A stretch of 64,000 nucleotides of DNA, from contig JBGANF010000026.1 of the NCBI GenBank assembly GCA_044222475.1, positions 1-64,000 on the forward strand. The letters run 5' to 3'. How positions within the stretch are numbered: the stretch's first letter is position 1; each line of letters starts with the position of its first letter. Under the pieces are notes generated by a model, which saw only the letters and a list, made by a program, of their open reading frames with translations, was not told the DNA's origin and did not search any database. The stretch is from Polyangiaceae bacterium (GTDB lineage: Bacteria; Myxococcota_A; Polyangia; Polyangiales; Polyangiaceae). Below, piece by piece: positions 42,766 to 55,100 of this stretch. A program made the position numbers and the translations under genes.

Positions 42766-42830
42766 CTCCACTCCACTCCACTCCACTCCACTCCACTCCA
42801 CTCCACTCCACTCCACTCGACTCCACTCCA
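42766..42830 (+). repeat. (CTCCA)13 microsatellite with one CTCGA variant
   Basis: 65 nt directly abutting the tRNA-Leu discriminator base. Confidence 0.95.
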
Positions 42831-42882
42831 CGAAGATGAAAAGACGAATGCGGAGGAATGTGGAGCGGGATCGGGAATGGGA

Positions 42883-43881
42883 ATGAGGACGGTCGTCGTC
42901 GCGCTCGTTGCCCTCGTCGTGGCTTGCGCGAAAACCAAGAGCGGCGGCGGTGACGCGGGGGACGACGCTGCGGCGGTGGTGGTCCACGCGGAGGACGCTG
43001 GGCCGGGGCCGACCTCCGTCGCGCATCCTCCAGCCGGCGCGGCCGTGTGGTCCCGCGTCGCGCGATTTGCCGACGACCCGGTGCTCGCGAAGCAGCTCGC
43101 CGTGCTGCTTCCGCACTTCGGCGCCGACGGAGGCGCGAAGGGCTTCGACGTACAGCGGATCGACCTGGTGGGCACTCGACAGGCGACTCTCGTCGCCGAA
43201 GCCGGCGGCGCGAATCCCATGGTGCTCGTCACCGAGGGCGACGCGCTCCTGTGGACCAAGGACCGACCGGTCGCGGGCATCGTTCCTCCGGTCGAGCACG
43301 TCACGATCTCCGCTCACGCCGCGCTCGGCGTCGCGCTGTTCGCGTGGGATCCGCCCACCAAGATCGTGATCGGTCGCGTGTGGGCCGACGATTCGAACGC
43401 GTTCGGCGACTTCGAGATGCTCCACGTCGACGCCTGCGACGACGTCGTCGCCGGGTACGTCCCCGATCAGGGCATCTACGTCGTCGCCGCCACGCCCGGC
43501 GGGCCGATGCTCCAGGTCATGAACGAGAACAACGTCCTCCAGCGCGGTCGAAACGGCACGATCCTCGGCGCTCCGTTTCGTGCTCCCGCGCCGCTCTCGC
43601 TCGTCGTCGGCGAAGACGGCTCTATGTTCCTGGCGCGTTGGGCCAACGCCAGCGCGAAGACGAGCGATCTGCTCGAGGTCACGCGGTACCAAAAAGGTAA
43701 AGCCACGTGGCCGGCGCCGGTGACGATCGAGGTCCCGCGCGCCTCGGCTCCGGTCGAGCGAATCGCGATGAAGCGCCTCGGCGACGGCATCCGGATCGAG
43801 CTCGCTCACGGCGCCGTCGCGAGCCGCGCGGTCGCGGTCTCGGTCGACGCGACGGCCGCGGTCACCCGGCTCGAGAAGTGA
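42883..43881 (+). CDS. Hypothetical beta-rich lipoprotein
   Basis: MRTVVVALVALVVAC lipobox; DAG linker; GC3 bias. Confidence 0.8.
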   Translation: MRTVVVALVALVVACAKTKSGGGDAGDDAAAVVVHAEDAGPGPTSVAHPPAGAAVWSRVARFADDPVLAKQLAVLLPHFGADGGAKGFDVQRIDLVGTRQATLVAEAGGANPMVLVTEGDALLWTKDRPVAGIVPPVEHVTISAHAALGVALFAWDPPTKIVIGRVWADDSNAFGDFEMLHVDACDDVVAGYVPDQGIYVVAATPGGPMLQVMNENNVLQRGRNGTILGAPFRAPAPLSLVVGEDGSMFLARWANASAKTSDLLEVTRYQKGKATWPAPVTIEVPRASAPVERIAMKRLGDGIRIELAHGAVASRAVAVSVDATAAVTRLEK

Positions 43882-43884
43882 CCG

Positions 43885-45282
43885 TCAGTTGGCGCCCACG
43901 CGCTCGAGGCGCTCCTTCTCGAGGCAGGCGCCCGAGATCTTCCCGTCGCACGCCTTCTTGAGGAGCTCCTTGGCGCGCGGCACGTCCGCCGGCATCTTGC
44001 CCTGCCCCGTCTCGAGGATGATCGCGAGCGAGTAGCAGGCCGCCGCGTCGTTCGCCTTGCACTTCGCCTCGAACGACTTCTTGATCGCCTCCCACTTGTC
44101 GGGCCAACCCGCTCGCGCGACCGGGACGAGCGCCAGACCGTTGCAGCCCGTGAACTCCTTCTCGTTGCAGGCGGCGGTGAACAGGGCCTCCGCTTTGTCG
44201 ATGTCCTGAGGCACGCCGATCGCGGAGAGGTACGCGCGCCCGAGGTTCACGCAACCTTCGAGCACGTGGCCGTCGCAAGCGCGCTTGTAGAGCGTCACGA
44301 CGTGCGCAGGTTCGCGCTGCTGGCGCTCGTACGTCATCCCGAGATCGCTGCAGCCGAGCAGGTTGCCGGCGTCGCAGGCCTTGGCGAAGCTCTCACCCGC
44401 CTTCACGTCGTCGGTCGGGCCGAGCAGCCCGTGCGCCCAGCAGAACCCTGCGCTGCGGCACCCATCGGCGTCGGCCAGATCGCACGCCTTCACGAACAGC
44501 TCGCAGCCGCGACGCTCGTCCTTCGGCACGTCTTTGCCGTGGTAGTAGAGGTCCGCGAGCGACGTGCAGCCGGTCGACTCGTCCTTCTTGCAGGCGCGCT
44601 CGAAGATCGCTGCGGCCCCGTCCGCGTCCGTCTCCGGCTTGCGCAACCCGCGCACGACGAGCATGCCGAGCACCACGCAGCCGCCCTCTTCGCCAGCGTC
44701 GCACGCCTGCTTCGCGTAGCTCTCGGACTTGCCGGCATCGGCGGGGACGCTCGCGTACCCGCCGAGGTAGATGCGCGACAGGTTCACGCACGAGAACGCG
44801 TAGCCGGCCTTGCAAGCACGCTCGATCAGCGCGAGACCGCGCGGGACGTCCTGGGTCGCTCCGAAGCGCCCCCCGAGGTACATGCCTCCGAGGTTGCCAC
44901 ACGACTTCGCCGCGCCCCCGTCGCAGGCCTTGGTGAGGAGGGTGAGACCGGCCGGGAGGTCCGCGGGACCACCGAGGCCGAAGAGCCGAAGGATCCCCGA
45001 GCCGCCGCACGCACCCGTGTCGCCGAGATCGCACCCGTGATCGCAGAGCGCGCGCGCCTGCGTCGCGCGATCGACCGGCAGCGTCTTGAGCGAGGCCTCG
45101 CTCCCGGACCCCACCTTCTCCCGGCAAGCATCCGCGCACGCGGCGCCGTCGCCGGCGATGCACTTCTCGTCGAGCGTGCGGGGCGGCGGCTTCGTGACCG
45201 TCGCGACGGTCGGAGCCGCCGTGGCACCGCCGCACGCGCACGCGAGCACGAAGAGCGCCGCGACGGCGCGACGGCCGATCAC
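43885..45282 (-). CDS. Sel1-like repeat (HcpA-type, Cys-paired) lipoprotein
   Basis: About 10 repeats of KAC.G....C..LG..Y..G; LACAC lipobox; GTGA overlap with hutH. Confidence 0.88.
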   Translation of the reverse strand: MIGRRAVAALFVLACACGGATAAPTVATVTKPPPRTLDEKCIAGDGAACADACREKVGSGSEASLKTLPVDRATQARALCDHGCDLGDTGACGGSGILRLFGLGGPADLPAGLTLLTKACDGGAAKSCGNLGGMYLGGRFGATQDVPRGLALIERACKAGYAFSCVNLSRIYLGGYASVPADAGKSESYAKQACDAGEEGGCVVLGMLVVRGLRKPETDADGAAAIFERACKKDESTGCTSLADLYYHGKDVPKDERRGCELFVKACDLADADGCRSAGFCWAHGLLGPTDDVKAGESFAKACDAGNLLGCSDLGMTYERQQREPAHVVTLYKRACDGHVLEGCVNLGRAYLSAIGVPQDIDKAEALFTAACNEKEFTGCNGLALVPVARAGWPDKWEAIKKSFEAKCKANDAAACYSLAIILETGQGKMPADVPRAKELLKKACDGKISGACLEKERLERVGAN

Positions 45283-46889
45283 GCGAGCGCTCCGACCGCG
45301 GCTTCGACCGCGCGAACGAGGGCGCCGCTCTCGATGAGCGCCCCCACCGCCTCGATGTCCTTGTAGAGTACACGGTCTTCCGTCATCGGGGCGACGACCT
45401 CGCGCACGGCGGCGAGCGCGGCGCGGACGCCCTTGCTCGGCGCGAGCGGCCGACGCTGATCGAGCCCCGCGGCCGCCGTCATGATCTCGATCGCGAGCCC
45501 GTGGCGCACGTTGCGGATGACGTGGCGCAGCTTGAGCGCGCTCACGCTGCCCATGCTGACGTGGTCTTCCTTGCCGGCCGACGACGGGATCGAGTCGACG
45601 CTGGCGGGGTGGCAGTAGATCTTGTTCTCGCTCACCAGCGACGCAGCGGCGACCTGGGCGATCATGAAGCCGGAGTGGAGACCGCTCTTCCCTTCGCCCG
45701 ACGGCGCGAGGAACGGCGTGAGCCCGGTCGACAGCGCGGGGTTCACGAGCTGCTCGACGCGCCGCTCGCTGATGTTGGCGAGCTCGGCGGTCGCGATCGC
45801 CGCGAAGTCCAGGGCGAGCGCGAGCGGCTGCCCGTGGAAGTTCCCGCCGCTCAGCAGATCCGCTTCGGCGTTCGGCACGAGGAACACGCTCGGGTTGTCG
45901 GTCACGCTGTTGATCTCGCAGCCGAGCACCGAGCTCGCATAGCCGAGCGCGTCGCGGGTCGCGCCGTGCACCTGCGGCATGCAGCGCAGGCTGTACGCGT
46001 CCTGGACCTTGCCGCAGTGGCGGTGGCTCTCCATGATTTCGCTCTCGGCCAGGAGGGCGCGCAGGTTCGCGGCGACGACCGCCTGACCGGGGTGCGGACG
46101 GACGGACTGCAGCCGAGCATCGAACGGGGTCTTCGTGCCCTTCAGCGCCTCCAGGCTCATCGCGCCGGCGATGTCGGCGACGGTGCTCAAGCGGCCGGCC
46201 TCGAGCACGGCGAGCGTGCCGAGCGACGCCATGAGCTGCGTCCCGTTGATGAGCGCGAGGCCCTCCTTGGCCTCCAGGACGATCGGCGCGATCCCCGCCT
46301 CGTCGAGGACCTCGCGCGCCGCGCGGAACGCGAGCGGCGCCGTCGTGAGCGCTTTCGGATCGACGCGAGCCGCCTCGCCTTCGCCGATGAGGACCAGCGC
46401 CAAGTGGGCGAGCGGCGCGAGATCGCCCGAGGCCCCGACGGAGCCTTGCGACGGGATCCGCGGGACGACGCCCCGCTCGAGCATCTCGATCAGCCGATCG
46501 AGCACGATCTCGCGGACCCCCGAAGCCCCCAGCGCGAGCACCTGCGCGCGCAAGAGGATCATGCCCCGGACCTCGGCCGCGCCGAGCGCCGGGCCGATGC
46601 CGGTGGAGTGCGACCGCACGAGGTTCCGCTGGAGGACGCGGATGTCGTCCTCGCCGATCCGGGTCTCGCTCAGGGCGCCGAAGCCGGTGTTCACGCCATA
46701 GACGTTCGGCGCGCGATCGCCCGCGGCGGCGATGAGATCGATCGCCGCGCGCGACGCGCGCACCTTCGCGCGGGCCTCGTCGTCGAGCCGGACGGCGCGA
46801 CCGCGAATCGCCACGTCCTCCAGCGACTGCAAGGTGAGGGCGAGGGCGGAGCCGCCTCCGGACCGTCCCAGAAAAACGGGCGTTTCCAT
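45279..46889 (-). CDS. hutH: Histidine ammonia-lyase
   Basis: [26 protein letters not shown] (MIO), [30 protein letters not shown]. Confidence 0.95.
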   Translation of the reverse strand: METPVFLGRSGGGSALALTLQSLEDVAIRGRAVRLDDEARAKVRASRAAIDLIAAAGDRAPNVYGVNTGFGALSETRIGEDDIRVLQRNLVRSHSTGIGPALGAAEVRGMILLRAQVLALGASGVREIVLDRLIEMLERGVVPRIPSQGSVGASGDLAPLAHLALVLIGEGEAARVDPKALTTAPLAFRAAREVLDEAGIAPIVLEAKEGLALINGTQLMASLGTLAVLEAGRLSTVADIAGAMSLEALKGTKTPFDARLQSVRPHPGQAVVAANLRALLAESEIMESHRHCGKVQDAYSLRCMPQVHGATRDALGYASSVLGCEINSVTDNPSVFLVPNAEADLLSGGNFHGQPLALALDFAAIATAELANISERRVEQLVNPALSTGLTPFLAPSGEGKSGLHSGFMIAQVAAASLVSENKIYCHPASVDSIPSSAGKEDHVSMGSVSALKLRHVIRNVRHGLAIEIMTAAAGLDQRRPLAPSKGVRAALAAVREVVAPMTEDRVLYKDIEAVGALIESGALVRAVEAAVGALA

Positions 46890-46939
46890 GCCGAGGCGTA
46901 TAGCAAAGGATCGGAGGGCGCGGGTATGCTGCGCGGCCA

Positions 46940-48658
46940 ATGGCTGCCCATCGCCTCGCCCTCCTGCCGGCGTTCGTCCTTCTGTTCGCGCCCTCCATCG
47001 CGCGCGCCGAAGACCCGACCGAGCCACCGGCCGTCCCCGAAGACCTCCCGCGCCTCGTCCTCGACACCGGCCGCATCCCCAAGCCCAAGGTCGACCCGAA
47101 CTACCTGAGGTTTCACCTGCGCGGCGAGGTGCAGCTCCGCGGACAGGTCATGCGGAGCTTTCCGCTCGACGTGAGCGCGACGACCATCGGCACGAACCCG
47201 GGAGCCATCGCGGACTCGCTCGGCCAGAACGCCTTCGTGACCACCTGGATCCGGCTCACGCCCGAGCTCACCTGGCGCGACAAGCTCCGCTTCGTCAGCC
47301 AGATCGATCTTCTGCAGGGCTACGTCTTCGGACAGACCACCCACGACGTGACGGCCGACCAGTTCCCACGCGACAACGGGGGCGACGCCTGGACCTACGT
47401 GCGTCTGCGCTGGCTGTACGGCGAGTGGCGCAGCCCCATCGGGCTGTTCCGCCTCGGCCAGTTCGGCAACCACTGGGGCATGGGCATCCTGGCGAACGAC
47501 GGCGACCGTCCGCCGCTCTTCGGCGACTACCGCGGCGGAAACATCCAAGAGCAGATCCTCTTCGCCACGAAGCCCGCCGGCGAAACGAGCCCGTTCATCC
47601 TCGCCGCCGGCTTCAGCATGGTCTACCAGGACTCGATCGCGCGGCTCACCCGCGGCGACATCGCGTTCCAGGGCGTCCTGTCCGGCTTCTACGAGAAGGG
47701 GCTCAACCAGCTCGGAGTGTTCAGCGTCCTCCGCAGCCAGAGCACGGCGAAGGAGTCCGGCGCGGCGATCAACAGCTACGACGACGACATCGTCATCGGC
47801 GCGATCGACGTCGCGGGGAAATTCGCCACACCGGTGCCAGGAAACGAGGACACGTTCCTCTTCGGCGCTGCCGAAGGCGCGGTCATCCTCGGCTCGACGA
47901 ACGTGCTGCGCACCCAGGACCAAGCGGCGACCGGCAGCCGCACCGCGATCCGCTCGTACGGCGGCGCCGCCGCCATCGGGTTCGTTCACCGCAAGTCGTG
48001 CTCGTGCGGCGTCAGCAAGGCGACCGGCGCGACCGGCCCCACGCCACTCGGCCCCCCCGACGCGCCGAACACCTTCGGAAGCGTCGTCGCCCAGCTCGAG
48101 GTCGGCTACGCCAGCGGCGACGCCAACCCCTACGACGACGTGAACCGACGCTTCACGTTCGATCCGAATCACCGCATAGGTCTTCTACTTTTCGACGAGG
48201 TCATGCGCTGGCAAACGGCCCGCGCGTCGACCGCGGCGCAGGACCCGCTCCTCACCAACGGCTCGCGCCCGCCGCCCGGCGTCAACCTCCTCCCCTCGAA
48301 CGGAGGCGTGTTCGGCGCGACCTACATCAACCCGACGTTCATCTACCGGCCCCTCCCGGTGCTCGACCTCAAGGCCGGCGCCGTCATGGCCCAGGCCACC
48401 GCCGACGTCGTCGACCCGTACCGACTTGGTACACAGGGCGCCTACGTCAACTACCGCGGCGGCGATCCCAAGCGACACGACCTCGGGCTCGAGCTCGACC
48501 TCGGCGTCGAGGGTCGCATCAAGCTCGACAACAACCTGCGTTTGCAGCTCGGCGCGCAGGGCGCCATCCTCTTCCCTGGCGGCGCTCTCGCCGACGCTTC
48601 GGGCGAGACGATGAAGACTCCTTGGCTCGTCACCGGCCGCGTCGGCCTGCAGTTCTGA
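46940..48658 (+). CDS. Putative outer-membrane beta-barrel protein
   Basis: Sec signal ending ARA; alternating amphipathic strands; [12 protein letters not shown]-terminal GRVGLQF BAM-type signal. Confidence 0.8.
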   Translation: MAAHRLALLPAFVLLFAPSIARAEDPTEPPAVPEDLPRLVLDTGRIPKPKVDPNYLRFHLRGEVQLRGQVMRSFPLDVSATTIGTNPGAIADSLGQNAFVTTWIRLTPELTWRDKLRFVSQIDLLQGYVFGQTTHDVTADQFPRDNGGDAWTYVRLRWLYGEWRSPIGLFRLGQFGNHWGMGILANDGDRPPLFGDYRGGNIQEQILFATKPAGETSPFILAAGFSMVYQDSIARLTRGDIAFQGVLSGFYEKGLNQLGVFSVLRSQSTAKESGAAINSYDDDIVIGAIDVAGKFATPVPGNEDTFLFGAAEGAVILGSTNVLRTQDQAATGSRTAIRSYGGAAAIGFVHRKSCSCGVSKATGATGPTPLGPPDAPNTFGSVVAQLEVGYASGDANPYDDVNRRFTFDPNHRIGLLLFDEVMRWQTARASTAAQDPLLTNGSRPPPGVNLLPSNGGVFGATYINPTFIYRPLPVLDLKAGAVMAQATADVVDPYRLGTQGAYVNYRGGDPKRHDLGLELDLGVEGRIKLDNNLRLQLGAQGAILFPGGALADASGETMKTPWLVTGRVGLQF

Positions 48659-48669
48659 GGACACGCGAC

Positions 48670-51600
48670 ATGAAACGACTCACCCTCCCCCTCCTCCTCG
48701 CGCCGATCGCGCTCGGCGCGCTCCAAGCGTGCGGGCTCGACACGATCCCGAACGATCTCCGCAGCACCCCGCCCGGCCCCGGCGCCAAGGTCATCTGGGA
48801 CGCGACCGCTCGCCCCCTGCCGGAGGTTCCGCTCCCGAACGACGTCGCCACCTTCCCCGACCCCACGAGCCGCACCGGGCGCCGCATCAACGCGTCGCTC
48901 ATCGGCGACACCAACTTCGAGCGGGTGGCGCGCTCCGGCTTCGCCGATCTCGAGGGTTGGGGCACCTTCGCGCCGCTCTCGGTCCGGTTCACCAAGCCCG
49001 AAGGCGCAGACCCGCACCTCCCCGCGCTCGATCTCGACAACATCCAGGGCCGCATGGGGAACGACGGCTACGCCTTCGAGGACGACCCGATCTACGTGAT
49101 CGACATGAACACCGGCATCCCGGCGGTGCTCGACGTCGGCGCGGGGAACTTCCCGTTCAACATCAAGGACCGCGATCGCTACTGGCCGAGCGACCCGCAC
49201 ATCGCATCGCAGACGCTCGTCTTCGAGGACCGCGAAGAGGGCGCCGGTCTCCTGCCCGGCGACTACAGCCCGGACCTCGACACCGACTACGACGGCGTCC
49301 TCGATCACCCGAACACGTGGGGTCCGCTTCCGCCCGGCGGCGTTCCCGGCATCGACAACCTCCTCACCTGGTACGAGCGCGAGACCGACACGCTGATCTT
49401 CCGGCCCCTCCTGCCGCTCAAGGAGAAGACCGAGTACGCGGTGCTCCTCACCGACCGCCTCCGCGGCAGCGACGGCAACCCGATCAAGAGCTCGTTCCCG
49501 ACCGTGTACCACCCGCAGCAGCGCCCAGGTGCAGCTCGGGTCGCGCAGCTCCTCAACGACAAGAGCCGGGCGAACTACTACGGAGACATGGCCGGCACCG
49601 GGCTGGACCACGTCGCGTTCATGTGGACGTTCACCACGCAGCCGGTGCTCGAGGACATGGTCCTCCTCCGCGACGGGCTCTACGGGGTCGGCCCGTTCGC
49701 CCGCTTCGCCACCCAGTTCCCGCCGAAGGTGACGATGCTCCGCGCCGCGGGCAAGGTGCCGGGGAGCGATCAGCCCGCGGGCTGGGAGAACGACCCCGTC
49801 TGCAAGACCCGCGCGGCGAAGCCCTACTGCGTCTACCTCAACGATCCCGACGTCCGCGAGAGCTTCATCAAGCTCTACAAAGAGGTGTTCGGCTACAACC
49901 GCGGCGAGCAGATCGCGCTCGACGAGGCGAACTCCAACATCGACCACGTGACGGTCGGCACCTTCAAGTCGCCATACCTCCAGGGCGATCCCAAGGGTCA
50001 GGATCCCGACGCCCGCTTCCACCTCAACTTCAAGACCGGCGAGGGCAACGTCACCGAGGACACGGTGAGCTTCTGGGTCGCGGTCCCGAAGAACACCGCC
50101 CGCTTCAAGCAGCCGTTCCCGGTGGCGCTCTTCGGCCACGGCGTCGGCGGCAACGCCTCCGAGTCGCTCGCGCACGGCGGAAACTACGCGCGCAACGGCC
50201 TCGCGACGGTCACCATCAACATGCCGCAGCATGGCCTGCCCGATCTGCCCGACGTCCGCGTACCCGCGACCGCCGAGCTCTCGGCGCGCTGCCTCGTGCC
50301 TTGGGTGGACGCCATCCTCAACACCCGCGCCATGGACCGCAACGGTGACGGCCAGCAGGAGCCGGGCTGGTGGTGGTGGTCGAGCCACATCACCAACGTC
50401 CGCGACAACGTCCGCCAGGGCACGCTCGATGAGATGCAGTTTACACGCATCTTGCGGACCTTCGACGGCAAGACGATGAGCGGCCAGGACTACAACGGCG
50501 ACGGCAAGGAAGACCTCGCCGGCGACTTCGACGGCGACGGCACGCCCGACATCGGCGGACCGAACGTCCCCATCCTCGCGGCCGGCGAGTCGCTCGGCGG
50601 CATCATGAGCGAGATCCACGGCGGCATCGACCACCAGATCTCGGCGACCGCGCCGATGTCCGGCGGCGCAGGCCTCACCGACATCGGGCTGCGTTCGTAC
50701 GGCGTCACCGACGCGCTCAGCCAGCTCCAGAGCCCGCTCATCATCTCGCTACCCGCGAGCGACCGCGCCCCCAAGAGCAACGGCGACAAGCGGACCAACT
50801 GCGCGCCGGACCAGAGGAGCATCCGCTTCTTCGGTTGGGACGGCGACGACATGGTCGAGGTCGAGCTCGCGTGCCTGTCCTCCGGTGAGCTCGACAAGGA
50901 CATGACCGTCGTCGTGACGAACCTCACGAACGGCGAGGTGCACTGCTCCGGCACGCTCGACTCCGGCCGGTTCCGCGTCCCGATCGGAGCGTCGATCGGC
51001 GACCGCCTCGACGTGCAGGTGTTCCGCACCAAGCACGCCGTCGAGTCGTACGGCAGCTGCAAGGTCAAGCCGGACGCGGTGCCCGGACGCGCCATCCGCA
51101 CCTTCGAGCAAAAGGCGCCGAAGTACACCAACGTCTCCAGCCTCTACACGCCCTGCCCGGACTCCGCGACCGACGGCTGCGCCCAGTTCATGTACCGGTT
51201 CTATCCGGTGGGGTCGCCGCTCGTCGCCCCGCAGGAGGGGCTGGGCTACCAGCGCAACACGCCGCGCTTCCGCCGCTTCTGGCAGCTCGGCCAGGTGGGC
51301 GTCGAGGCCGCGGACCCGGCGAACTTCGCGCCGTACTACATGATGCGGCCGCTGCCGAAGCCCGACGGGACCCCCGCGGGTCCGCACGCGCTCCTCAGCA
51401 TCAACACCGTCGGCGACGGCTTCGTCAACGTCGCGACCGGCATCGCGTTCGCGCGCGCCGCCGGTGCCGTACCGTTCTTCCCGCCGCAAGCGCTCGGGAA
51501 GTACCCCGAGTACGCGGACTACGTGACGCCCCAGGCTCTCTACGCGCAGCTCGGCAACAAGACGCCGAACCAAGTGCTCATCGACTACCACGCGATCGAA

Positions 51601-52116
51601 GGCGTCGCGCGCCTCAACCGCCATCCGGCCGGGCCCACCTGCGCCAACAACTACGACAACTCCGATCCCGTCCTGTGTCCCGGCTCGACGACCCTCGACC
51701 CGGCGACCTGCGAAGCCGTCATGGCCGACGTCGACTGGCTCTCGGAGGGTCGCCAGCGGTACGACCAGCAACACCCTGCGTCGCCGCTCCGCCTCGCGCG
51801 CGTCGCCGGCCTGCACGCCACCAGCGCGGGCACGCTCGCGCAAGCGTGGGCACCCCGCATCCTCGGTGCTCCGTTCGGAGCCGACGGTGCGTGGGCCGGC
51901 GCCGAGCCACTCGTCGCGATGATCAACGTCTACCTGCGGCCCGGAGGAGCGCACACCTGGGAGACCGGAGACGCATGCCGCTTGTGGGATCACGCCACCT
52001 ACGGCGGCAACATGGCCGGGCGATTCCTGGTCACGAACGGCAAGGACCTCTACTACCTCACCCACCCGCAGAACCACGAGTGCCTCGAGTCACTCGACTG
52101 TCCGTTCTACAAGTGA
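48670..52116 (+). CDS. Large lipoprotein, alpha/beta-hydrolase (lipase/esterase-like), paralog 1
   Basis: Lipobox LQAC; PLPND N-domain; FGHG oxyanion motif; GESLG nucleophile elbow; DxDxDG Ca-type motifs. Confidence 0.82.
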   Translation: MKRLTLPLLLAPIALGALQACGLDTIPNDLRSTPPGPGAKVIWDATARPLPEVPLPNDVATFPDPTSRTGRRINASLIGDTNFERVARSGFADLEGWGTFAPLSVRFTKPEGADPHLPALDLDNIQGRMGNDGYAFEDDPIYVIDMNTGIPAVLDVGAGNFPFNIKDRDRYWPSDPHIASQTLVFEDREEGAGLLPGDYSPDLDTDYDGVLDHPNTWGPLPPGGVPGIDNLLTWYERETDTLIFRPLLPLKEKTEYAVLLTDRLRGSDGNPIKSSFPTVYHPQQRPGAARVAQLLNDKSRANYYGDMAGTGLDHVAFMWTFTTQPVLEDMVLLRDGLYGVGPFARFATQFPPKVTMLRAAGKVPGSDQPAGWENDPVCKTRAAKPYCVYLNDPDVRESFIKLYKEVFGYNRGEQIALDEANSNIDHVTVGTFKSPYLQGDPKGQDPDARFHLNFKTGEGNVTEDTVSFWVAVPKNTARFKQPFPVALFGHGVGGNASESLAHGGNYARNGLATVTINMPQHGLPDLPDVRVPATAELSARCLVPWVDAILNTRAMDRNGDGQQEPGWWWWSSHITNVRDNVRQGTLDEMQFTRILRTFDGKTMSGQDYNGDGKEDLAGDFDGDGTPDIGGPNVPILAAGESLGGIMSEIHGGIDHQISATAPMSGGAGLTDIGLRSYGVTDALSQLQSPLIISLPASDRAPKSNGDKRTNCAPDQRSIRFFGWDGDDMVEVELACLSSGELDKDMTVVVTNLTNGEVHCSGTLDSGRFRVPIGASIGDRLDVQVFRTKHAVESYGSCKVKPDAVPGRAIRTFEQKAPKYTNVSSLYTPCPDSATDGCAQFMYRFYPVGSPLVAPQEGLGYQRNTPRFRRFWQLGQVGVEAADPANFAPYYMMRPLPKPDGTPAGPHALLSINTVGDGFVNVATGIAFARAAGAVPFFPPQALGKYPEYADYVTPQALYAQLGNKTPNQVLIDYHAIEGVARLNRHPAGPTCANNYDNSDPVLCPGSTTLDPATCEAVMADVDWLSEGRQRYDQQHPASPLRLARVAGLHATSAGTLAQAWAPRILGAPFGADGAWAGAEPLVAMINVYLRPGGAHTWETGDACRLWDHATYGGNMAGRFLVTNGKDLYYLTHPQNHECLESLDCPFYK

Positions 52117-52124
52117 GCAAAAGC

Positions 52125-55100
52125 ATGCATTCTGCACGCAGTCGCTCGACGCGACTCGGCTTCCTGGCGACGATCGGCTTCGTCGCGTTCGCCGCGTCCT
52201 GCGGCGACGAGGCCCCCGACGGGCTCTTCCCTACCCCCGCCGGTGACGGCCCCCGAGTCGTCTTCGAGGTCGCGCATCGGCCCCTCCCCGAGATCCCGGT
52301 GCCGAACGACGTCGCGACGTTCGCCGACCCGACGAGCCGCACCGGCCGGCGGATCAACGTGAGCCTCGTCGCCCCGACCGAGCTCGAGCGCTCCGCGCGC
52401 GAGGGCTTCGCGGAGATCGAGGGCTGGGGCACCTTCGCCCCGATCAGCGTCGCGTTCACCCCCGGCGCCGGCGCGGGTCCGACCGAAGCGGCGATCGATC
52501 TCGATCGCGTGCGCGCGACGATGGTAGGCGACGAGTGGGACACGAGCGACGACCCCGTCTACGTCATCAACCTCACCACCGGCGTCCCGGTCCTGCTCGA
52601 CATGGGCGCCGGCAATTTCCCGACGACCATTCGCGATCGCGATCGCTACTACGCGAACGATCCCCGCGCCGCCGAGAACAACACGCTGTTCGAGACCGTC
52701 GAAGAAGGCGCCGGCCTCGGCCAAGCCGACTACCAACCCAAGCTCGACACCGACTTCGACGGGATCCTCGATCACCCGAACACGCTCCCGAGGCCCGGCG
52801 CGACCCCGGGCGTCGACGACGTGATGAACTGGTTCGAGCGGCAGACGAACACGCTCATCATGCGACCGGTCCTCCCGATGGACGAGAAGACGGAGTACGC
52901 CGTCGTCTTGACCGACCGCCTCGTCGACGCGCGCGGCAAACCCGTCCGCTCGCCGTTCCCGTTCATCCATCACCCGCAACAGCGTGCGGCGATGCTTCGC
53001 GTCCAGCGCATCCTCGGCGACGGCACCCGATCGCACTATTTCGGAGACGTCGCCGGCACCGGCCTCGCGCGCGTCGCCTTCGCGTGGTCGTTCACGACTG
53101 GCCCGGCCGCGGAGGACCTGCGGCTCCTTCGCGATGGGCTCCACGGCGCCGGCCCGTTCGCCCGGCTCGCGAACGACTATCCCCCGACGGCGACTGCGTT
53201 CCGCGCAGCCGGTCTCCTCAAGGATCCCTCGGAGGACTCCCCGTCGTGGAAGGCCGACCCGAAGTGCCAAGCCGTCTCGCAGACGCCGTTCGTCGTGAAG
53301 GTCGATCAGGTCAAGTCGACGCTCACCGATCTCCTGACCCGCGTGTTTCCGGTGAGCGGCCCCGAGGGGCGCGCTCTCTTGGACTCGCTCGACTCGGTCG
53401 ATCACTTCGTGCTCGGCAGCTATCCGGTCGCGTACTTCCTCGGGAGCGATCCGCTCCACGAGAACCCGTTCGAGCACTTCCAGCTGAACTACAAGACCGG
53501 CGAAGGGCGCGTCGTCCGCGACGTCGGGCATTTCTGGCTGTCGGTGCCCAAGGCGAAGGGCACCTTCAAGCAACCGTTCGACACGGTGGTGTGGGGCCAC
53601 GGCACGACGCTCAACGCCGCCGAGACGATCATCCGCGCAGGCTATTTCGCGAAGCACGGGCTCGCGACGTTCGGGTTCGACGGTCCCGGGCACGGTCTCG
53701 TCCTCGATCAAGGCCTCAAGGTCATCGCCGAAGGGCTCCTCTACAATGCGTGCCTCGTCCCGTGGGTCCAAGGGCTCACCGCCGGCCGCGCGCACGACAT
53801 CGACGGCGACGGCACGCCCGACTCGGGCGGATTGTTGTGGACTGCACACATCTTCCACTCGCGCGACAACATCCGGCAGACCGTCACCGACGGACTCCAA
53901 GCTTCGCGAGTTCTCCGCGCCTTCGACGGGCGCATGGGCACGCAAGACCTCAACGACGACGGCAAGCCCGAGCTGAACGGCGACTTCGACCTCGACGGCG
54001 TCCCCGACGTCGGCGGCAAGGACGCGCGCATCTTCAGCTCCGGTGACTCGTATGGCGGGATCTTCGCTCAGATCCACGCGGCGATCGATCCGAACGTCAC
54101 CGCCGGCGTCGCGATCTCCGGCGGCGGAGGACTGACCGACGTCGCAGCGCGGTCGTATGGCGTCGTCGACTCGGTCGTCCAGCAGACCATCACGCCCCTC
54201 GTCGTCGCGGTGCCGGCGAGCTCGCGGTCCACCGACAAGAAACCCGGCGCCACGCTGTGCACCGCCGACCAGCGGAGCGTGCGCGTCATCGTCAACGACC
54301 TGACCGACTCGCGCGAGATCGAGGTCGCCTGCCTCGGAGCCACCGAGCTCGACGATCAGAGCACGGTCGTCGTGCGCAACCTCGAGTCGGGTGAGGTCCG
54401 ATGCGGCGGTACCGGCACCGAAGCGCGCTTCCGCGTGCCGATCCCGGCGACCGCTGGCGATCGCATCCGCATCGAGGTCGCTCGACTGCCTCATGCCGTC
54501 GAGAGCTACGGCACGTGCGTGTGGCGCGACGGGGTGAACCCCAGCCGCATCATCGACACGTTCGAGAAGCCGGCAGCGGCGTACCGCGCCGTCGGCGACG
54601 CCAGCGCGACGTGCGACAGCCCAGCGGGGTGCCAGCAGTATCGAAACCTCTTCTTCCCGGTGGGCGCTCCGCTCGTGTCACCCCAAGGCGGGCTCGCGCT
54701 GCGGCGTCAGTCGCCCGAGCTTCGGCGCCTGCTCCAGCTGTCGCAGACTGCGCTCGAGAGCGGCGACCCCATCAACTTCGCGCCGCTCTACATGCTGCGG
54801 CCGAACCCGCTGCCGTCCGGGCAACCGGCGCCGCCGAAGGGGTTCATCGGCGCCAACACGGTGGCCGACGGCTTCGTCGTCGTCGCGACCGGACACGCCT
54901 TCACCCGCGCGATGGGTGCTCTCCCCTTCCTCGCGCCGTGGGCGCTCTCGCGCATGCCCGACTACGCCGACTACGCGACGCCGGCGAGCCTCTACGCGGC
55001 GTTCGGCGCGAAGACCCCCAACCAACTGTTGATCGACAACTACGCCATCGAGGCGATAGCGCGCCTGCGCCGCGTGCCGGCCGACTCGTCGTGTGGACCG

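Noticed and set aside
42227..43809. Minus-strand ORFs with VEWSG repeats
   Set aside because: They are translations of the (CTCCA)n tract and overlap the tRNA and real genes.
46732..52116. Listed 1794-aa ORF as one giant protein
   Set aside because: The first ~645 codons are an Arg-rich shadow frame over the barrel gene; the real start with a lipobox is 48670. The same applies to 51675-55562, 43885-47088, 57425-60421, 37322-39403 and 7656-9383.
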